64,000 bases of DNA from Candidatus Eiseniibacteriota bacterium (lineage in GTDB: Bacteria; Eisenbacteria; RBG-16-71-46; CAIMUX01; JAHJDP01), in the NCBI GenBank assembly GCA_018831195.1, contig JAHJDP010000032.1, positions 159,094 to 223,093 of the forward strand. Reading direction: 5' to 3'. The translations under genes and the position numbers were made by a program. The notes beneath the pieces are model-generated. The model did no database searches and was not told the DNA's origin. It saw nothing but the letters and a program-made list of their open reading frames with translations. Below, piece after piece: positions 1 to 9,966 of the stretch. Each line of letters starts with the position of its first letter. Positions within the stretch are counted from its first letter, which is position 1.

Positions 1-348
1 CATTTCGGCGGAGAACCGGCGAACTTTCTGGACATCGGCGGATCCTCCAATCCCGATAAGGTGGTGACCGCGCTGGATATCATCACAAAGGATCCCAGTG
101 TCAAAGTTATCCTCTTTAACATTTTTGGTGGGATAACCCGGTGCGATGATGTCGCGAAGGGTCTTGCCAAAGCGCTTGAAATAAAACCGGTGGCCTTGCC
201 TATCGTCATTCGTCTCACGGGTACGAATGAGGCTGAAGCACGCGAGTTCCTGAAGAAGGTCAGCGGAGTGGAGGCGCAGGGAACCATGGAAGATGCTGTT
301 CGGCGTGCTGTTGAGCTGACAAACGCCGGCGGGGGGGCGCAGCGGTGA
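1..348 (+). CDS. sucC: succinyl-CoA synthetase beta subunit, C-terminal fragment; the 5' end lies outside the window
   Basis: The translation (…[33 protein letters not shown]…[13 protein letters not shown]…) matches the SucC C-terminal CoA-ligase domain. Reading frame is open from base 1. The stop overlaps the sucD GTG start as GTGA. Confidence 0.85.
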   Translation, partial: HFGGEPANFLDIGGSSNPDKVVTALDIITKDPSVKVILFNIFGGITRCDDVAKGLAKALEIKPVALPIVIRLTGTNEAEAREFLKKVSGVEAQGTMEDAVRRAVELTNAGGGAQR

Positions 349-1217
349 GTATCCTAATTGATAAATCCACAAAAGTGGTTGTGCAAGGTATCACAGGGCG
401 CGATGGATCGTTTCATGCAAAGGCGATGAAGGCGTATGGAACCCATGTCGTGGCTGGAGTGACCCCAGGGAAGGGTGGACAGTCCCTTGATGGGATCCCG
501 GTTTTTGAGACGGTGCGCGAAGCGGTGGAGCAGACCGGAGCCAACGCCTCGGGCATTTTTGTTCCCCCAGGGTTCGCCCCCGACGCTGTCCGGGAGGCGA
601 TCGACGCCGGTATCAAGCTGGTCGTCGTGGTGACCGAGGGTGTGCCGGCGCTCGAAATGTGCGCGGTTCATGAAGAGGTTCGCGCCAAGGGCGCCCGGGT
701 TGTCGGCCCCAACAGCCCCGGATTGATCAGTCCGGGAAAGTGTAAGCTTGGGATTATGCCGGCGGAGATTCACAGACCGGGCCCGGTCGGCGTTGTTTCA
801 CGCAGCGGCACCCTGACCTATGAGATGGTCGACCAATTGACAAAGAGCGGTTTGGGACAGACCACCTGTCTGGGCATCGGCGGTGATCCTGTCATCGGAA
901 CGACCTTCATGGACGCTTTGATGATGTTCAAAGATGACCCGGAGACCAAGGGCGTCGTCCTCCTTGGTGAAATCGGCGGCACGGCCGAAGAAGAAGCGGC
1001 GGTTTATATCAAGGAGAAACTCGGAAAGCCTGTGGTGGCCTTCATCGCGGGACAGACGGCGCCTCCCGGCCGACGGATGGGGCATGCCGGCGCGATTATC
1101 TCCGGGGGATCGGGAACCGCCGCCGAAAAGATCAAGGCGCTGGAAACGGCCGGCATCCGCGTCGCGCGGTTGCCATCCGAAATCGGCCCCCTCATGAAGA
1201 AAGCCTTGCGTATTTAA
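345..1217 (+). CDS. sucD: succinyl-CoA synthetase alpha subunit
   Basis: 290 aa with typical SucD motifs ([41 protein letters not shown]). Starts at a GTG overlapping the sucC stop. Confidence 0.9.
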   Translation: MSILIDKSTKVVVQGITGRDGSFHAKAMKAYGTHVVAGVTPGKGGQSLDGIPVFETVREAVEQTGANASGIFVPPGFAPDAVREAIDAGIKLVVVVTEGVPALEMCAVHEEVRAKGARVVGPNSPGLISPGKCKLGIMPAEIHRPGPVGVVSRSGTLTYEMVDQLTKSGLGQTTCLGIGGDPVIGTTFMDALMMFKDDPETKGVVLLGEIGGTAEEEAAVYIKEKLGKPVVAFIAGQTAPPGRRMGHAGAIISGGSGTAAEKIKALETAGIRVARLPSEIGPLMKKALRI

Positions 1218-1230
1218 GGAGGAAGCCGAG

Positions 1231-1650
1231 TTGGAACGGACCTTAATGATGATCAAGCCGGATGCGGTCCGGCGGAACCTCTGCGGCTGGATCTTGAAAA
1301 CTGTGGAAGAAGCGGGTCTCAGCATCCGGCAAATGACATTGATTCATCTGACACCGGAAGCGGCAAAGGGTTTCTATCATGTTCACCAAGGGAAACCATT
1401 TTTGAACGATCTGGTGGAATATATGTCTTCCGGTCCCATCGTCGTTGCTGTCCTGGAGGGCGAGGGCGCCATCCTGGGGCTGCGAAAAATCGTCGGCGCC
1501 ACCGATCCGGCAAAAGCTGAACCCGGTACCATCCGGGGTGAGGTGGGGCTCAATGTACAAGAAAACTCGGTTCATGCTTCTGATTCCGAAGCGAGCGCTG
1601 TAAGCGAAATCGCTTATTATGGTCTAGATGAGATATGGCGGAAGCCTTAA
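1231..1650 (+). CDS. ndk: nucleoside diphosphate kinase
   Basis: ERTLMMIKPDAV…YMSSGPIVVAVLEG…GTIRGE…NSVHASDS is the canonical Ndk sequence. TTG start 7 nt after an AAGGAGG Shine-Dalgarno. Confidence 0.9.
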   Translation: MERTLMMIKPDAVRRNLCGWILKTVEEAGLSIRQMTLIHLTPEAAKGFYHVHQGKPFLNDLVEYMSSGPIVVAVLEGEGAILGLRKIVGATDPAKAEPGTIRGEVGLNVQENSVHASDSEASAVSEIAYYGLDEIWRKP

Positions 1651-2171
1651 CGATTGACCTGTTTGGAGTTCCCCAAGGGGAGAGCTCCCGGGATGTCAAA
1701 ATATCGGGTGAGTTGCTGGATGCCCGATTAGAGCAGGTGGAGCTAAAGTCCCCGATTGAGATTCATTTGGATCTCTTTCGCGCCGGTGATTCCATTCGAT
1801 GCCGCGGGCATTTTGCCTGCAAGATCAGCGTCGTCTGCTCACGGTGTTTGGAAACCGGTGATCGATTTATCGAGGGTGACTTCGATTTTTATTGTCAAAG
1901 AAGTGAAGGGGAATTATCAGAGGAGGATGGTCAATCCCTGGAAGACAGCGGATTGATTTTCCATGATGGGATGGTTCTGAATCTCTATGAGGAGATTCGC
2001 CAAACGATACTCTTGGAATTGCCCTGGAATCCCGTTTGCGCTGACAATTGCCGCGGGTTATGTTCCCGCTGCGGAAAAAACCTCAATCAGGGTGCGTGTG
2101 GTTGCCGGCCGGGCCCGGTTGAGTCACGCTGGACGGCTCTCGAGAAGCTGCGCGAGGAAGACCGGCAATAA
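1635..2171 (+). CDS. yceD: YceD/DUF177-family protein (large-subunit rRNA accumulation protein)
   Basis: 178 aa with Cys pairs (CSRC…, CSRCGKNLNQGACGC) and the conserved position directly upstream of rpmF-plsX. Confidence 0.7.
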   Translation: MAEALTIDLFGVPQGESSRDVKISGELLDARLEQVELKSPIEIHLDLFRAGDSIRCRGHFACKISVVCSRCLETGDRFIEGDFDFYCQRSEGELSEEDGQSLEDSGLIFHDGMVLNLYEEIRQTILLELPWNPVCADNCRGLCSRCGKNLNQGACGCRPGPVESRWTALEKLREEDRQ

Positions 2172-2186
2172 AGAGGAGTTGGTTTC

Positions 2187-2366
2187 ATGGCGTTACCGAA
2201 AAGAAGACATTCAAATACCCGGCAGAGGAAGCGCCGGACGCATTGGAAATTGGCTCGGCCGAGCACATCGAGCTGCGCACGGTGTGGACAGCCCAAACGG
2301 TCGCACCGCATCTGTCCTCATTGTGGCTACTACCGGGGGCAGGAAATGGTTGTTGTTTCGACATAG
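2187..2366 (+). CDS. rpmF: 50S ribosomal protein L32
   Basis: 59-aa ORF MALPKRRHSNTRQRKRRTHWKL…CARCGQPKRSHRICPHCGYYRG. It falls below the 60-aa cutoff of the ORF track. Conserved yceD-rpmF-plsX order. Confidence 0.85.
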   Translation: MALPKRRHSNTRQRKRRTHWKLARPSTSSCARCGQPKRSHRICPHCGYYRGQEMVVVST

Positions 2367-2421
2367 ATTGAAGAGCTATGCCGAGTCACACCAAACACCT
2401 TGATTTCCAAGGAACCCGTGT

Positions 2422-3459
2422 ATGACCAAGCTCTTGCGAATCGGTGTCGACGCCATGGGGGGAGATCATGCTCCCGAAAGGATCGTTCGTGGAGCCGTTG
2501 AAGCGGCCCGCGCTCATGAAAATGAGTGGCAGGTTGTTCTCATTGGCGACCGTGAGGCGATCCGGCCTCATTTAGAGGCTCTCAAGGCCGACGAAAAGAA
2601 AATCGCCATCGTCCACACGACTCAGAAGGTCGAGATGTCGGATCGTGCGGTTGAGGCCATCCGGCGCAGCCCAGACGCCTCGATTGTGGTGGCGTCCCGG
2701 CTGCTCCGGAAAGGGGAACTTGATGCCGTTGTCAGCGCCGGCAATACAGGCGGTGTTGTGGCATCATCCCTTCTCAACCTGGGTCGGATCCCCGGAGTCC
2801 TTAGACCGGCCATCGCGGTCATCGTCCCGACACCGAAGGGTCATTGCGTTCTGCTGGATGCGGGAGCGAATTCCGATTGCCGGCCGGTTCATCTTCTGCA
2901 ATTCGCGATCATGGGCCGGGTTTACGCCAAGTATCTATTCGGTGTCGACAAACCACGTATCGGGCTCCTGAATATCGGCGAGGAGAGTTCAAAGGGGAAC
3001 GATCTGACGCAGCAGACTTTCGTATTGCTGGATGAGAACAAAGAAAAGTTAAACTTCATCGGCAATGTGGAAGGAAGGGATGTTCTGCGGGGAACGGCTG
3101 AGGTTGTCGTCTGCGACGGATTTGTTGGAAATGTTATTCTGAAGTTTGCCGAATCGGTTCTTGGTCTGGTTATTGAAACCACCCGGCGGGAACTGCAAAA
3201 CAATCTCAAGCTTCAAATCGGCGCTTTGCTGATGAAACCGGTGATCTCCCGTATCCGGTCCCGGTTTAATTATGAGGAATACGGGGGAGCGCCTCTTCTG
3301 GGAGTCAATGGGATCACCGTTATCGCGCATGGTAGCTCCTCAGTGACGGCTATTCGGAATGCGGTAGAGACGGCCGCGCGCTCCGCACGACTCAGGATTC
3401 AGGACCTCATTAGAGAGGAGATCCAGGGTGAGCCCAATGCCCGCGAAGCAGCCGGTTAA
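2422..3459 (+). CDS. plsX: phosphate acyltransferase PlsX
   Basis: MTKLLRIGVDAMGGDHAPE…, 345 aa, PlsX family. ATG start. Confidence 0.9.
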   Translation: MTKLLRIGVDAMGGDHAPERIVRGAVEAARAHENEWQVVLIGDREAIRPHLEALKADEKKIAIVHTTQKVEMSDRAVEAIRRSPDASIVVASRLLRKGELDAVVSAGNTGGVVASSLLNLGRIPGVLRPAIAVIVPTPKGHCVLLDAGANSDCRPVHLLQFAIMGRVYAKYLFGVDKPRIGLLNIGEESSKGNDLTQQTFVLLDENKEKLNFIGNVEGRDVLRGTAEVVVCDGFVGNVILKFAESVLGLVIETTRRELQNNLKLQIGALLMKPVISRIRSRFNYEEYGGAPLLGVNGITVIAHGSSSVTAIRNAVETAARSARLRIQDLIREEIQGEPNAREAAG

Positions 3460-4438
3460 AAATGTACAAATTGTTGGAACTGGGTCTTATGTGCCCGAGC
3501 GAGTCCTGACGAATGCTGATCTCGAAAAAATTGTGGATACGACCGATGAATGGATCGTGACCCGGACCGGTATCCACGAACGCCGGATCAGCTCTCCCGA
3601 ACAGGCCTCATCTGATCTGGCCGAGATGGCCAGCCGCCGCGCCCTCGAGGATGCCGGCATCGATCCGCTGGAACTCGACGCGATTATTGTCGCGACGGTG
3701 ACCCCCGATCATTTTTTCCCCAATGCAAGTTGTCTTTTACAATACAAGCTTGGTGCAAATAACGCCCTGGCCTTTGACGTTTCGGCCGCCTGTTCGGGAT
3801 TTCTTTACGCCCTCCATGTGGGGCGGTGCATTATCATGGCGCAGGAGATGAAGACCGTCCTTGTTATTGGCGTCGAGTCGCTATCGAAAATTACAGATTA
3901 TACAGATAGGACCACCTGTATTCTATTCGGCGACGGCGCCGGGGCTGCTGTTCTGCGGCCGGGACCGCCCGAGACGGGAATTCTGGGAACGATCCTTGGC
4001 GCCGACGGATCCTTCGGCCCTCTGATTCAGCAGATCGCCGGTGGCAGCCGGGTTCCCTGGTCTCAAGAGGCTCTGGACAACCGTCTTCAATATCTTAAAA
4101 TGCGGGGCAATGAAGTTTTCAAGATTGGTGTCCGCGCCATGGAGAATGCTTGCCGGCAGGTCTTGGATAAGACCGGGTTGACCACGAAGGATGTTGATAT
4201 CCTCATACCGCATCAAGCGAATATTCGGATCATCGAAGCACTGGCCAAGCGGCTCGAAATTGCCCATCATAAGGTCATCATCAATATAGATCATTACGGC
4301 AATACATCGGCCGCATCGGTTGCCATCGGTTTGGATGAAGGCCGGCGTTCCGGAAAAATTAAATCAGGAGATACGGTCCTCACCGTCGCCTTCGGCGGAG
4401 GCGTCACCTGGGCGTCCAGTGTCATTAGGTGGGCCTAA
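3437..4438 (+). CDS. fabH: 3-oxoacyl-ACP synthase III
   Basis: GTGSYVPERVLTN…AACSGF…HQANIRI…GNTSAAS are the KAS III Cys/His/Asn catalytic motifs. I prefer the ATG at 3437 over the longer GTG ORF that starts at 3428. Confidence 0.9.
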   Translation: MPAKQPVKNVQIVGTGSYVPERVLTNADLEKIVDTTDEWIVTRTGIHERRISSPEQASSDLAEMASRRALEDAGIDPLELDAIIVATVTPDHFFPNASCLLQYKLGANNALAFDVSAACSGFLYALHVGRCIIMAQEMKTVLVIGVESLSKITDYTDRTTCILFGDGAGAAVLRPGPPETGILGTILGADGSFGPLIQQIAGGSRVPWSQEALDNRLQYLKMRGNEVFKIGVRAMENACRQVLDKTGLTTKDVDILIPHQANIRIIEALAKRLEIAHHKVIINIDHYGNTSAASVAIGLDEGRRSGKIKSGDTVLTVAFGGGVTWASSVIRWA

Positions 4439-5403
4439 TGATCGATCAAAAAGGAATCGTCTTTCTTTTTCCCGGGCAGGGATCCCAACGCGTCGGAATG
4501 GGATTGGATCTCGTTGAGACCGTCCCGGACGCCCGCAAGATCTTTGATAAAGCCGATGAAATCCTCGGCTTCTCGCTTTCAAAGCTTTGTTTTGAAGGCC
4601 CCGAGGAAGAGCTTAAACATACCCAGGTAACCCAACCGGCTCTCTTTGTCCATTCCATGGCGACTCTGGCCGCGATGGAGATCCAGCCGGAAGAGGGATC
4701 GGCCGTCGCCGGGCACAGTCTCGGGGAATGGACGGCCGCGGTCGCCTCAGGGGCGATTGATTTTGAGGATGGGCTCCGCCTTGTCCGGCGCCGCGGGGAG
4801 TTGATGGAGAAGGCGGGCGCTGAGCAATCCGGAACGATGGCCGCCATTCTGGGGCTTTCCAGGGATACGATTGAGGAAGTTTGTGCAGGGACCCCTGGGT
4901 CCGTCGTGGTTGCCAACCTGAATTCTCCCAAGCAGATCGTTATATCTGGAGAGGTCGCCGCGGTCGAAGCGGCTATGGAGAAAGCTCGGGAGGCGGGGGC
5001 GAAGAGGGTTATTCCCCTCTCCGTCGGGGGCGCCTTTCATTCACCTCTTATGGGATCTGCCGCGGAAGGTCTCAAGGAAGCCCTGGATGGGGTCTTTGTC
5101 CGGCGGGCCAGAGTCCCGATCATGGCCAATGTTTCCGGAAGATTTGTTCAGGAACCGGCGGATATTCGCAAGGCGATGACAGATCAACTTCTCAACGCGG
5201 TGCAATGGGATGCCTCGATGAGGAATCTTTTGGAGTGGGGCGGAAGATTATTTCTTGAGATTGGATCGGGTCGTGTATTATCTGGCCTTCAACGGCAAAT
5301 TCATGGCGAGGACCTCAGCTTGGCTGTTGGAGATGTGAGTAGTCTTGTGGTTTGGCGAACCCGTTCTCAGGACCTCCAATCCGCGAAAGGGACAAGCAGA
5401 TGA
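4438..5403 (+). CDS. fabD: malonyl CoA-ACP transacylase
   Basis: FLFPGQGSQ…GHSLGEW are FabD motifs. I prefer the ATG at 4438, which overlaps the fabH stop as TAATG; the longer GTG option starts at 4429. Confidence 0.9.
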   Translation: MIDQKGIVFLFPGQGSQRVGMGLDLVETVPDARKIFDKADEILGFSLSKLCFEGPEEELKHTQVTQPALFVHSMATLAAMEIQPEEGSAVAGHSLGEWTAAVASGAIDFEDGLRLVRRRGELMEKAGAEQSGTMAAILGLSRDTIEEVCAGTPGSVVVANLNSPKQIVISGEVAAVEAAMEKAREAGAKRVIPLSVGGAFHSPLMGSAAEGLKEALDGVFVRRARVPIMANVSGRFVQEPADIRKAMTDQLLNAVQWDASMRNLLEWGGRLFLEIGSGRVLSGLQRQIHGEDLSLAVGDVSSLVVWRTRSQDLQSAKGTSR

Positions 5404-6149
5404 CGGCGTCATTGGAAGGACGGGTGGCGGTGGTGACCGGTGGAAGCCGGGGGATCGGACGCGCCATATCGCTTGAATTAGCTCATCTTGGGGCTGATGT
5501 TGTCTTAATGGATCGGACGGGAGATCCTGAAGGCCAAACAGTCAAGGATATCCGGGCCCTCGGCCGGAAGTGCCGGCACATTGCCTGTGATGTTTCCAGG
5601 GGCGCCTCGGTGGAGGAAGCTGCAGCGAAGGCCAGAGAATCACTTGGACCGGTGCAGATTCTGGTCAACAATGCTGGAATCACCAGGGATCAACTGGCTG
5701 TAAGGCTCAGCGAAGAGGACTGGGATAAAGTCCTGGATATCAATCTCAAGGGGGCCTTTCTCTGCTGCAAGGCCTTCGCCCGGGATATGATGAAGGCCCG
5801 CTGGGGGCGGATCATCAATATCTCCTCGGTTGTCGGCCAGCGAGGAAATGTCGGGCAAGTTAATTATGCGGCCGCAAAGGCGGGAATGATCGGTTTATCC
5901 CGCAGTCTGGCCCGTGAGCTCGCGGGCCGGGGAATCACCGTGAATGTGGTGGCGCCCGGATTTATCGAAACAGCAATGACCGACGCCATCGGGGAGAAGG
6001 CCCGGGAGGCTCTTCTTCCCTTGATCCCCATCTCCCGTTTGGGGAAATGTGAGGATGTCGGGTCGGCCGTTGGTTTTTTCGCTTCAGATCAAGCCGGCTA
6101 TATTACCGGACAGGTCCTGAATGTGGATGGCGGTATGGTTATGTCCTAG
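5400..6149 (+). CDS. fabG: 3-oxoacyl-ACP reductase
   Basis: Short-chain dehydrogenase signatures TGGSRGIGRAI…NNAG…YAAAKAG. ATG at 5400 overlaps the fabD stop as ATGA. Confidence 0.9.
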   Translation: MTASLEGRVAVVTGGSRGIGRAISLELAHLGADVVLMDRTGDPEGQTVKDIRALGRKCRHIACDVSRGASVEEAAAKARESLGPVQILVNNAGITRDQLAVRLSEEDWDKVLDINLKGAFLCCKAFARDMMKARWGRIINISSVVGQRGNVGQVNYAAAKAGMIGLSRSLARELAGRGITVNVVAPGFIETAMTDAIGEKAREALLPLIPISRLGKCEDVGSAVGFFASDQAGYITGQVLNVDGGMVMS

Positions 6150-6221
6150 GAGGCGGTGCTGTATCGCCTTTCTGGGGTTGGTAGGGGAATCGAGACTCAA
6201 TAGAGGTGCGGAGGAATGGTC

Positions 6222-6458
6222 ATGGACGATTTCGAACAAAAAATCAAAGACATCATCGTTGAACAGCTGGGCGTCTCACCGGAGCAGGTGACCCCGGAAG
6301 CATCCTTCATCGATGATTTGGGGGCTGACTCCCTGGATACGGTGGAATTGGTTATGGCGCTCGAGGAGGCTTTTAAACTCGAAATCCCCGATGAAGATGC
6401 AGAGAAAATGGAGAAGGTCGGAGACGCACTCGAATATGTTCGGGAACGCGCAAAGTAG
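6222..6458 (+). CDS. acpP: acyl carrier protein
   Basis: [19 protein letters not shown] is the phosphopantetheine attachment motif. The ATG at 6222 sits 6 nt after a GGAGGA Shine-Dalgarno; the in-frame ATG at 6216 is too close to it. Confidence 0.9.
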   Translation: MDDFEQKIKDIIVEQLGVSPEQVTPEASFIDDLGADSLDTVELVMALEEAFKLEIPDEDAEKMEKVGDALEYVRERAK

Positions 6459-6507
6459 GTGACATCGCTTTCACCTGGCAGCGAAGCCGGAGTTGGTGAG
6501 GTAATGG

Positions 6508-7749
6508 ATGAAAAGGCGGGTGGTGATCACAGGACTGGGTGTCCTCTCTCCTGTGGGACTCAATACCGGAGATTTTTGGGATTCCCTTATTGAGGGTCGT
6601 AGCGGTATTACGAGAATCACAAAGTTCGATCCTTCGGCGTTTTCCGCCCAGATTGCGGGTGAGCTGAAGGGATTCGATCCGGTCGCCTGTTTGGGAGCCA
6701 AGGAAGCTCGGCGTACCGATGCCTTTGTACAATATGCTCTTGTCGCCGCGCAGGAAGCGTTCGATCATGGCAAACTCAAATCGGAAGGAATCGATCCCGA
6801 ACGTTTCGGTGTCATTATCGGCTCCGGCATCGGTGGCATCAATACGCTGGAAACCCAACATTCAGTTCTCATGGAGAGGGGACCGGATCGGGTCAGCCCC
6901 TTCTTCGTGCCGATGATGATTGCCGACATGGCTTCCGGGCAGGTTTCCATGAAGATGAACGCGAAGGGGCCTAACTTTGCCACCGTTTCGGCCTGCGCCT
7001 CCGGGGCCCATGCCATTGGGGAAGCTTTCCGTGTCTTAAGGGAAGGTCTTGCCGATGTGATGCTGACGGGCGGTGCGGAAGCTCCCCTCTCTCCTTTGGC
7101 ATTGGCAGGCTTTTGTTCAATGAAGGCCCTCTCCACCCGCAATGACGATCCTGAGAGGGCGAGCCGGCCCTTCGACAAGGATCGCGATGGGTTCGTGATG
7201 GCGGAAGGAGCGGGGATCCTTTTGTTGGAAACTTTGGAATTCGCCAAAGCGCGTGGGGCGACGATTCTAGCAGAGCTGTGTGGGTATGGCGCAACGGCCG
7301 ATGCGCATCATCTGACCGCACCGGCGCCCGGCGGGGAGGGGGCTGCGCGCGCCATGAAGGGAGCCATGGCTGAAGCGGGAATGAAACCGGAGGATGTGGA
7401 TTATATCAACGCGCATGGGACTTCCACGCCTCTTAACGACCGATTCGAGACAATGGCTATTCAGCATGTCTTCGGCGCTCACGCGAAGAAACTCATGGTG
7501 AGTTCAACAAAATCGATGACGGGGCACCTTCTGGGAGCCGCCGGTGGAATCGAAACGGTTGCCTGCGTGCAATCCCTATTGACGGATATCGTCCCCCCGA
7601 CGATCAATTATGAAAATCCGGATCCCGACTGCGATTTGGACTTTGTTCCGAACGAAGCCCGGAGGAAGCCCGTTCAGGTGATACTGTCCAATTCTCTCGG
7701 GTTTGGGGGCCACAATGTCTCTCTCTTACTCAAAAAATACGTGGATTGA
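6508..7749 (+). CDS. fabF: 3-oxoacyl-ACP synthase II
   Basis: 413 aa KAS I/II with the active-site Cys context SACASG, HGTST and GHLLGAAG. Confidence 0.9.
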   Translation: MKRRVVITGLGVLSPVGLNTGDFWDSLIEGRSGITRITKFDPSAFSAQIAGELKGFDPVACLGAKEARRTDAFVQYALVAAQEAFDHGKLKSEGIDPERFGVIIGSGIGGINTLETQHSVLMERGPDRVSPFFVPMMIADMASGQVSMKMNAKGPNFATVSACASGAHAIGEAFRVLREGLADVMLTGGAEAPLSPLALAGFCSMKALSTRNDDPERASRPFDKDRDGFVMAEGAGILLLETLEFAKARGATILAELCGYGATADAHHLTAPAPGGEGAARAMKGAMAEAGMKPEDVDYINAHGTSTPLNDRFETMAIQHVFGAHAKKLMVSSTKSMTGHLLGAAGGIETVACVQSLLTDIVPPTINYENPDPDCDLDFVPNEARRKPVQVILSNSLGFGGHNVSLLLKKYVD

Positions 7750-7840
7750 GGATCTCTTTATTAGAACGGCAATATAAGGATCACTCTATCATGTCTCGTT
7801 TCTTCATTCGAAGTCGATTTTGTTTCGCATAGATATTGTC

Positions 7841-8602
7841 ATGAATTTTTGGCGCCATTTCAGGAACTTCCTAACCGGATCCCGCAAGAGAAAGTTCTAT
7901 AATCTTAAGGATGAAGAACGGATTACCGAGTTCCAGCGGCGGACCGGGGTTTGGTTTCAGAATCCCGATCTTCTGCGGTTGGCCCTGACGCATCGGTCTT
8001 TTCTGGGTTCGACCGATTTTGATCCCCGTGATTCCAATGAGCGGTTGGAGTTTCTCGGTGATGCGGTCTTGGAATTGACGGTAATTGATGATCTCTTCAA
8101 GCGGTTTCCTGATGATCTGGAAGGTGAATTAACCCGTAAAAAATCTCTCTTGGTCAGCAGGAATGTTCTGGCCGAAAGGGCCGAGATGATGGGTCTGGGA
8201 CAATATATTCTCATGAGCAGCGCCGAGAGGGATTCGGGAGGTGGTGAAAGAGCTTCAATCCTGGCCGATACCTTTGAGGCTGTTCTTGGGGCGATCTTTC
8301 TTGATCAGGGCCTCGATGCGTCGCAGCACTTTGTCAATTCCCGGATTCTGGCCAATGCGGAAGGATTGCTGCGGGACAGGGATCATCGCAATTATAAAAG
8401 TGAACTTCAGGAGATTATTCAATCGCGATACAAGGTTCCTCCTCGGTACCGTGTTGTGGGAGAGGTGGGTCCTGAGCACCGGAAGCAGTTTACCATTCAG
8501 GTGGAATTAAAGGGACAGGTCTTGGGAAGCGGGGCTGGTTCCAACAAGAAAGAAGCCGAGCAGAACGCAGCCCGGGATGCGCTGGAAAAGGGCCTTTCCT
8601 GA
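7841..8602 (+). CDS. rnc: ribonuclease III
   Basis: ALTHRSF…ERLEFLGDAVLEL is the RNase III signature, followed by a C-terminal dsRBD (KSELQEI…GSGAGSNKKEAEQNAA). The longest ORF starts at a TTG at 7820; I chose the ATG at 7841. Confidence 0.8.
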   Translation: MNFWRHFRNFLTGSRKRKFYNLKDEERITEFQRRTGVWFQNPDLLRLALTHRSFLGSTDFDPRDSNERLEFLGDAVLELTVIDDLFKRFPDDLEGELTRKKSLLVSRNVLAERAEMMGLGQYILMSSAERDSGGGERASILADTFEAVLGAIFLDQGLDASQHFVNSRILANAEGLLRDRDHRNYKSELQEIIQSRYKVPPRYRVVGEVGPEHRKQFTIQVELKGQVLGSGAGSNKKEAEQNAARDALEKGLS

Positions 8603-8618
8603 GAGAATCCCTCACCTT

Positions 8619-9914
8619 CTAGAACCGGAAGGCCGCCCCCAAATAAATCTTATCTTCATTCGTTCCCTCAATAATGCCGGTGCCCTCTCTCTCGTACCAG
8701 CGATGTGTATAGGCGGCGTCAATCGTGAAGGATTCCTCAAGCAGCGCGCCAAAGCCAAAAGCAAACTCCCAGCGCTCCGGTGAAAACGCCGCTGTCTCAT
8801 ATCCGCCGTTGAAAACATCGGTGAAGATCAGCTTGTACGGGATAGGATCCCGGGAGATCCCGGCGCGGAAACGGACAGGCCAGATCTCCGGTGAGTACTC
8901 GGCGCCGAGCCTTAACGCGATCACCTCACGATAAGCATATTCTTGGTCGGGCCAAGGCGTTCTCATCGGTCCGGAATAACGGAGTTGAGTCCAGTCGGTG
9001 AATTGCAGATCTCCGGCGACGAGCAGAGGTCCGAAGAGCCACGCGAGCCCCGTCGTGACGGAGAAGGGAAGCGTCATATTGTCTTCGAAATCGAAATCGT
9101 CGATATAATCGACATCAATGGTTGAATCAGCGCTCGGGTAACTGTACTGAACATCCTCTGAAGCCGTCCCGGTAAAATCCAACGCCTTGGGGAGATCGAT
9201 GGTCAAGGCGAACCGGCCGTTGTCCGCCACATGAATCAAGGCGCCGACCGATCCCGTCACCCCGCTGAATTCTGAATCATCAATGAAGAGGGAGTTATCA
9301 AAAGCCCCATTGGAGGCCTCGTAGTCATATCTTCGCTCGCGGTACGAGGTTCCGGCGAGAAGGGTCGCGGCCGCGCCGATGGAGACCCGCGGTGAGGCAT
9401 CCCATGCCAATCCGGCCGACCAGGCGCCGAGGGACCCTTCTTCAAAGATATTTTCATCTTCGAAGAGAACGCGCCCCCCCTCGCCACGGCGCAGATAATC
9501 CTGATCGAGATCGGTGATCCGGTGGTAAGAAAGGCCGACGACAAAAGATCCCCGGTATGTCGGAAAGGGGTACACAAAACCCATCTGGGAGATCCGAGAC
9601 GGGCTCATCGTTTTCTCTGACTTTGTGCCGAGATAGTTGGTCGTTTTTGTGGTCTGGTGATGCGTCAGGACCGCCGATAACTCGATTCGCTCCACACGGG
9701 CGAGGGCCGCGGGATTGTAATAGAGGGCGGTGGCGTCATCAGCGGCGGCCGAGTAAGCCCCCGCCATTCCCATGGCCCGGGCGCCGACCCCCGTCCGGTC
9801 GGCCAGGGGGATTTCCTGGGGGATCTGAGCCCAGCCGATCGTGACGAATATCGTCGCCAGCAGGGACAGGGCGATGGTTGCGATGCGGAGAAAAGAACAG
9901 GCGGAACCGACCAT
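8619..9914 (-). CDS. FadL/TodX/PorV-family outer-membrane beta-barrel protein
   Basis: Signal peptide, N-terminal GARAMGMAGAYSAAADDATALYYNPAAL hallmark of the FadL family, and a C-terminal aromatic residue (…AAFRF). Start taken at the ATG at 9914; the longest ORF begins at a TTG at 9932. Confidence 0.6.
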   Translation of the reverse strand: MVGSACSFLRIATIALSLLATIFVTIGWAQIPQEIPLADRTGVGARAMGMAGAYSAAADDATALYYNPAALARVERIELSAVLTHHQTTKTTNYLGTKSEKTMSPSRISQMGFVYPFPTYRGSFVVGLSYHRITDLDQDYLRRGEGGRVLFEDENIFEEGSLGAWSAGLAWDASPRVSIGAAATLLAGTSYRERRYDYEASNGAFDNSLFIDDSEFSGVTGSVGALIHVADNGRFALTIDLPKALDFTGTASEDVQYSYPSADSTIDVDYIDDFDFEDNMTLPFSVTTGLAWLFGPLLVAGDLQFTDWTQLRYSGPMRTPWPDQEYAYREVIALRLGAEYSPEIWPVRFRAGISRDPIPYKLIFTDVFNGGYETAAFSPERWEFAFGFGALLEESFTIDAAYTHRWYEREGTGIIEGTNEDKIYLGAAFRF

Positions 9915-9966
9915 ACCTTGAGAGCTCTGCAAGGGTGCGTCTCCTTCTATGACGGGTAATCGTTGA

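Noticed and set aside
354-773. 139-aa ORF antisense to sucD, plus many similar antisense ORFs across the window: 19420..20160 opposite pilT, 20142..21278 opposite accC, 27406..28986 (526 aa) opposite the giant OMP gene, 34880..35605 opposite infB, 40986..41642 opposite pnp, and 53319..53969 opposite the Wzy-like gene
   Set aside because: Long antisense ORFs arise by chance in GC-rich DNA. In every case the sense strand encodes a protein with clear family motifs. The antisense translations are low-complexity and Arg/Pro/Gly-rich, with no recognisable motif and no Shine-Dalgarno.
1987-2403. 138-aa ORF in a third frame overlapping the yceD 3' end and the rpmF position
   Set aside because: The real gene here is the 59-aa L32 (2187..2366) in another frame, with a canonical sequence. 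The 138-aa ORF is Arg/Ala-rich with no motifs.
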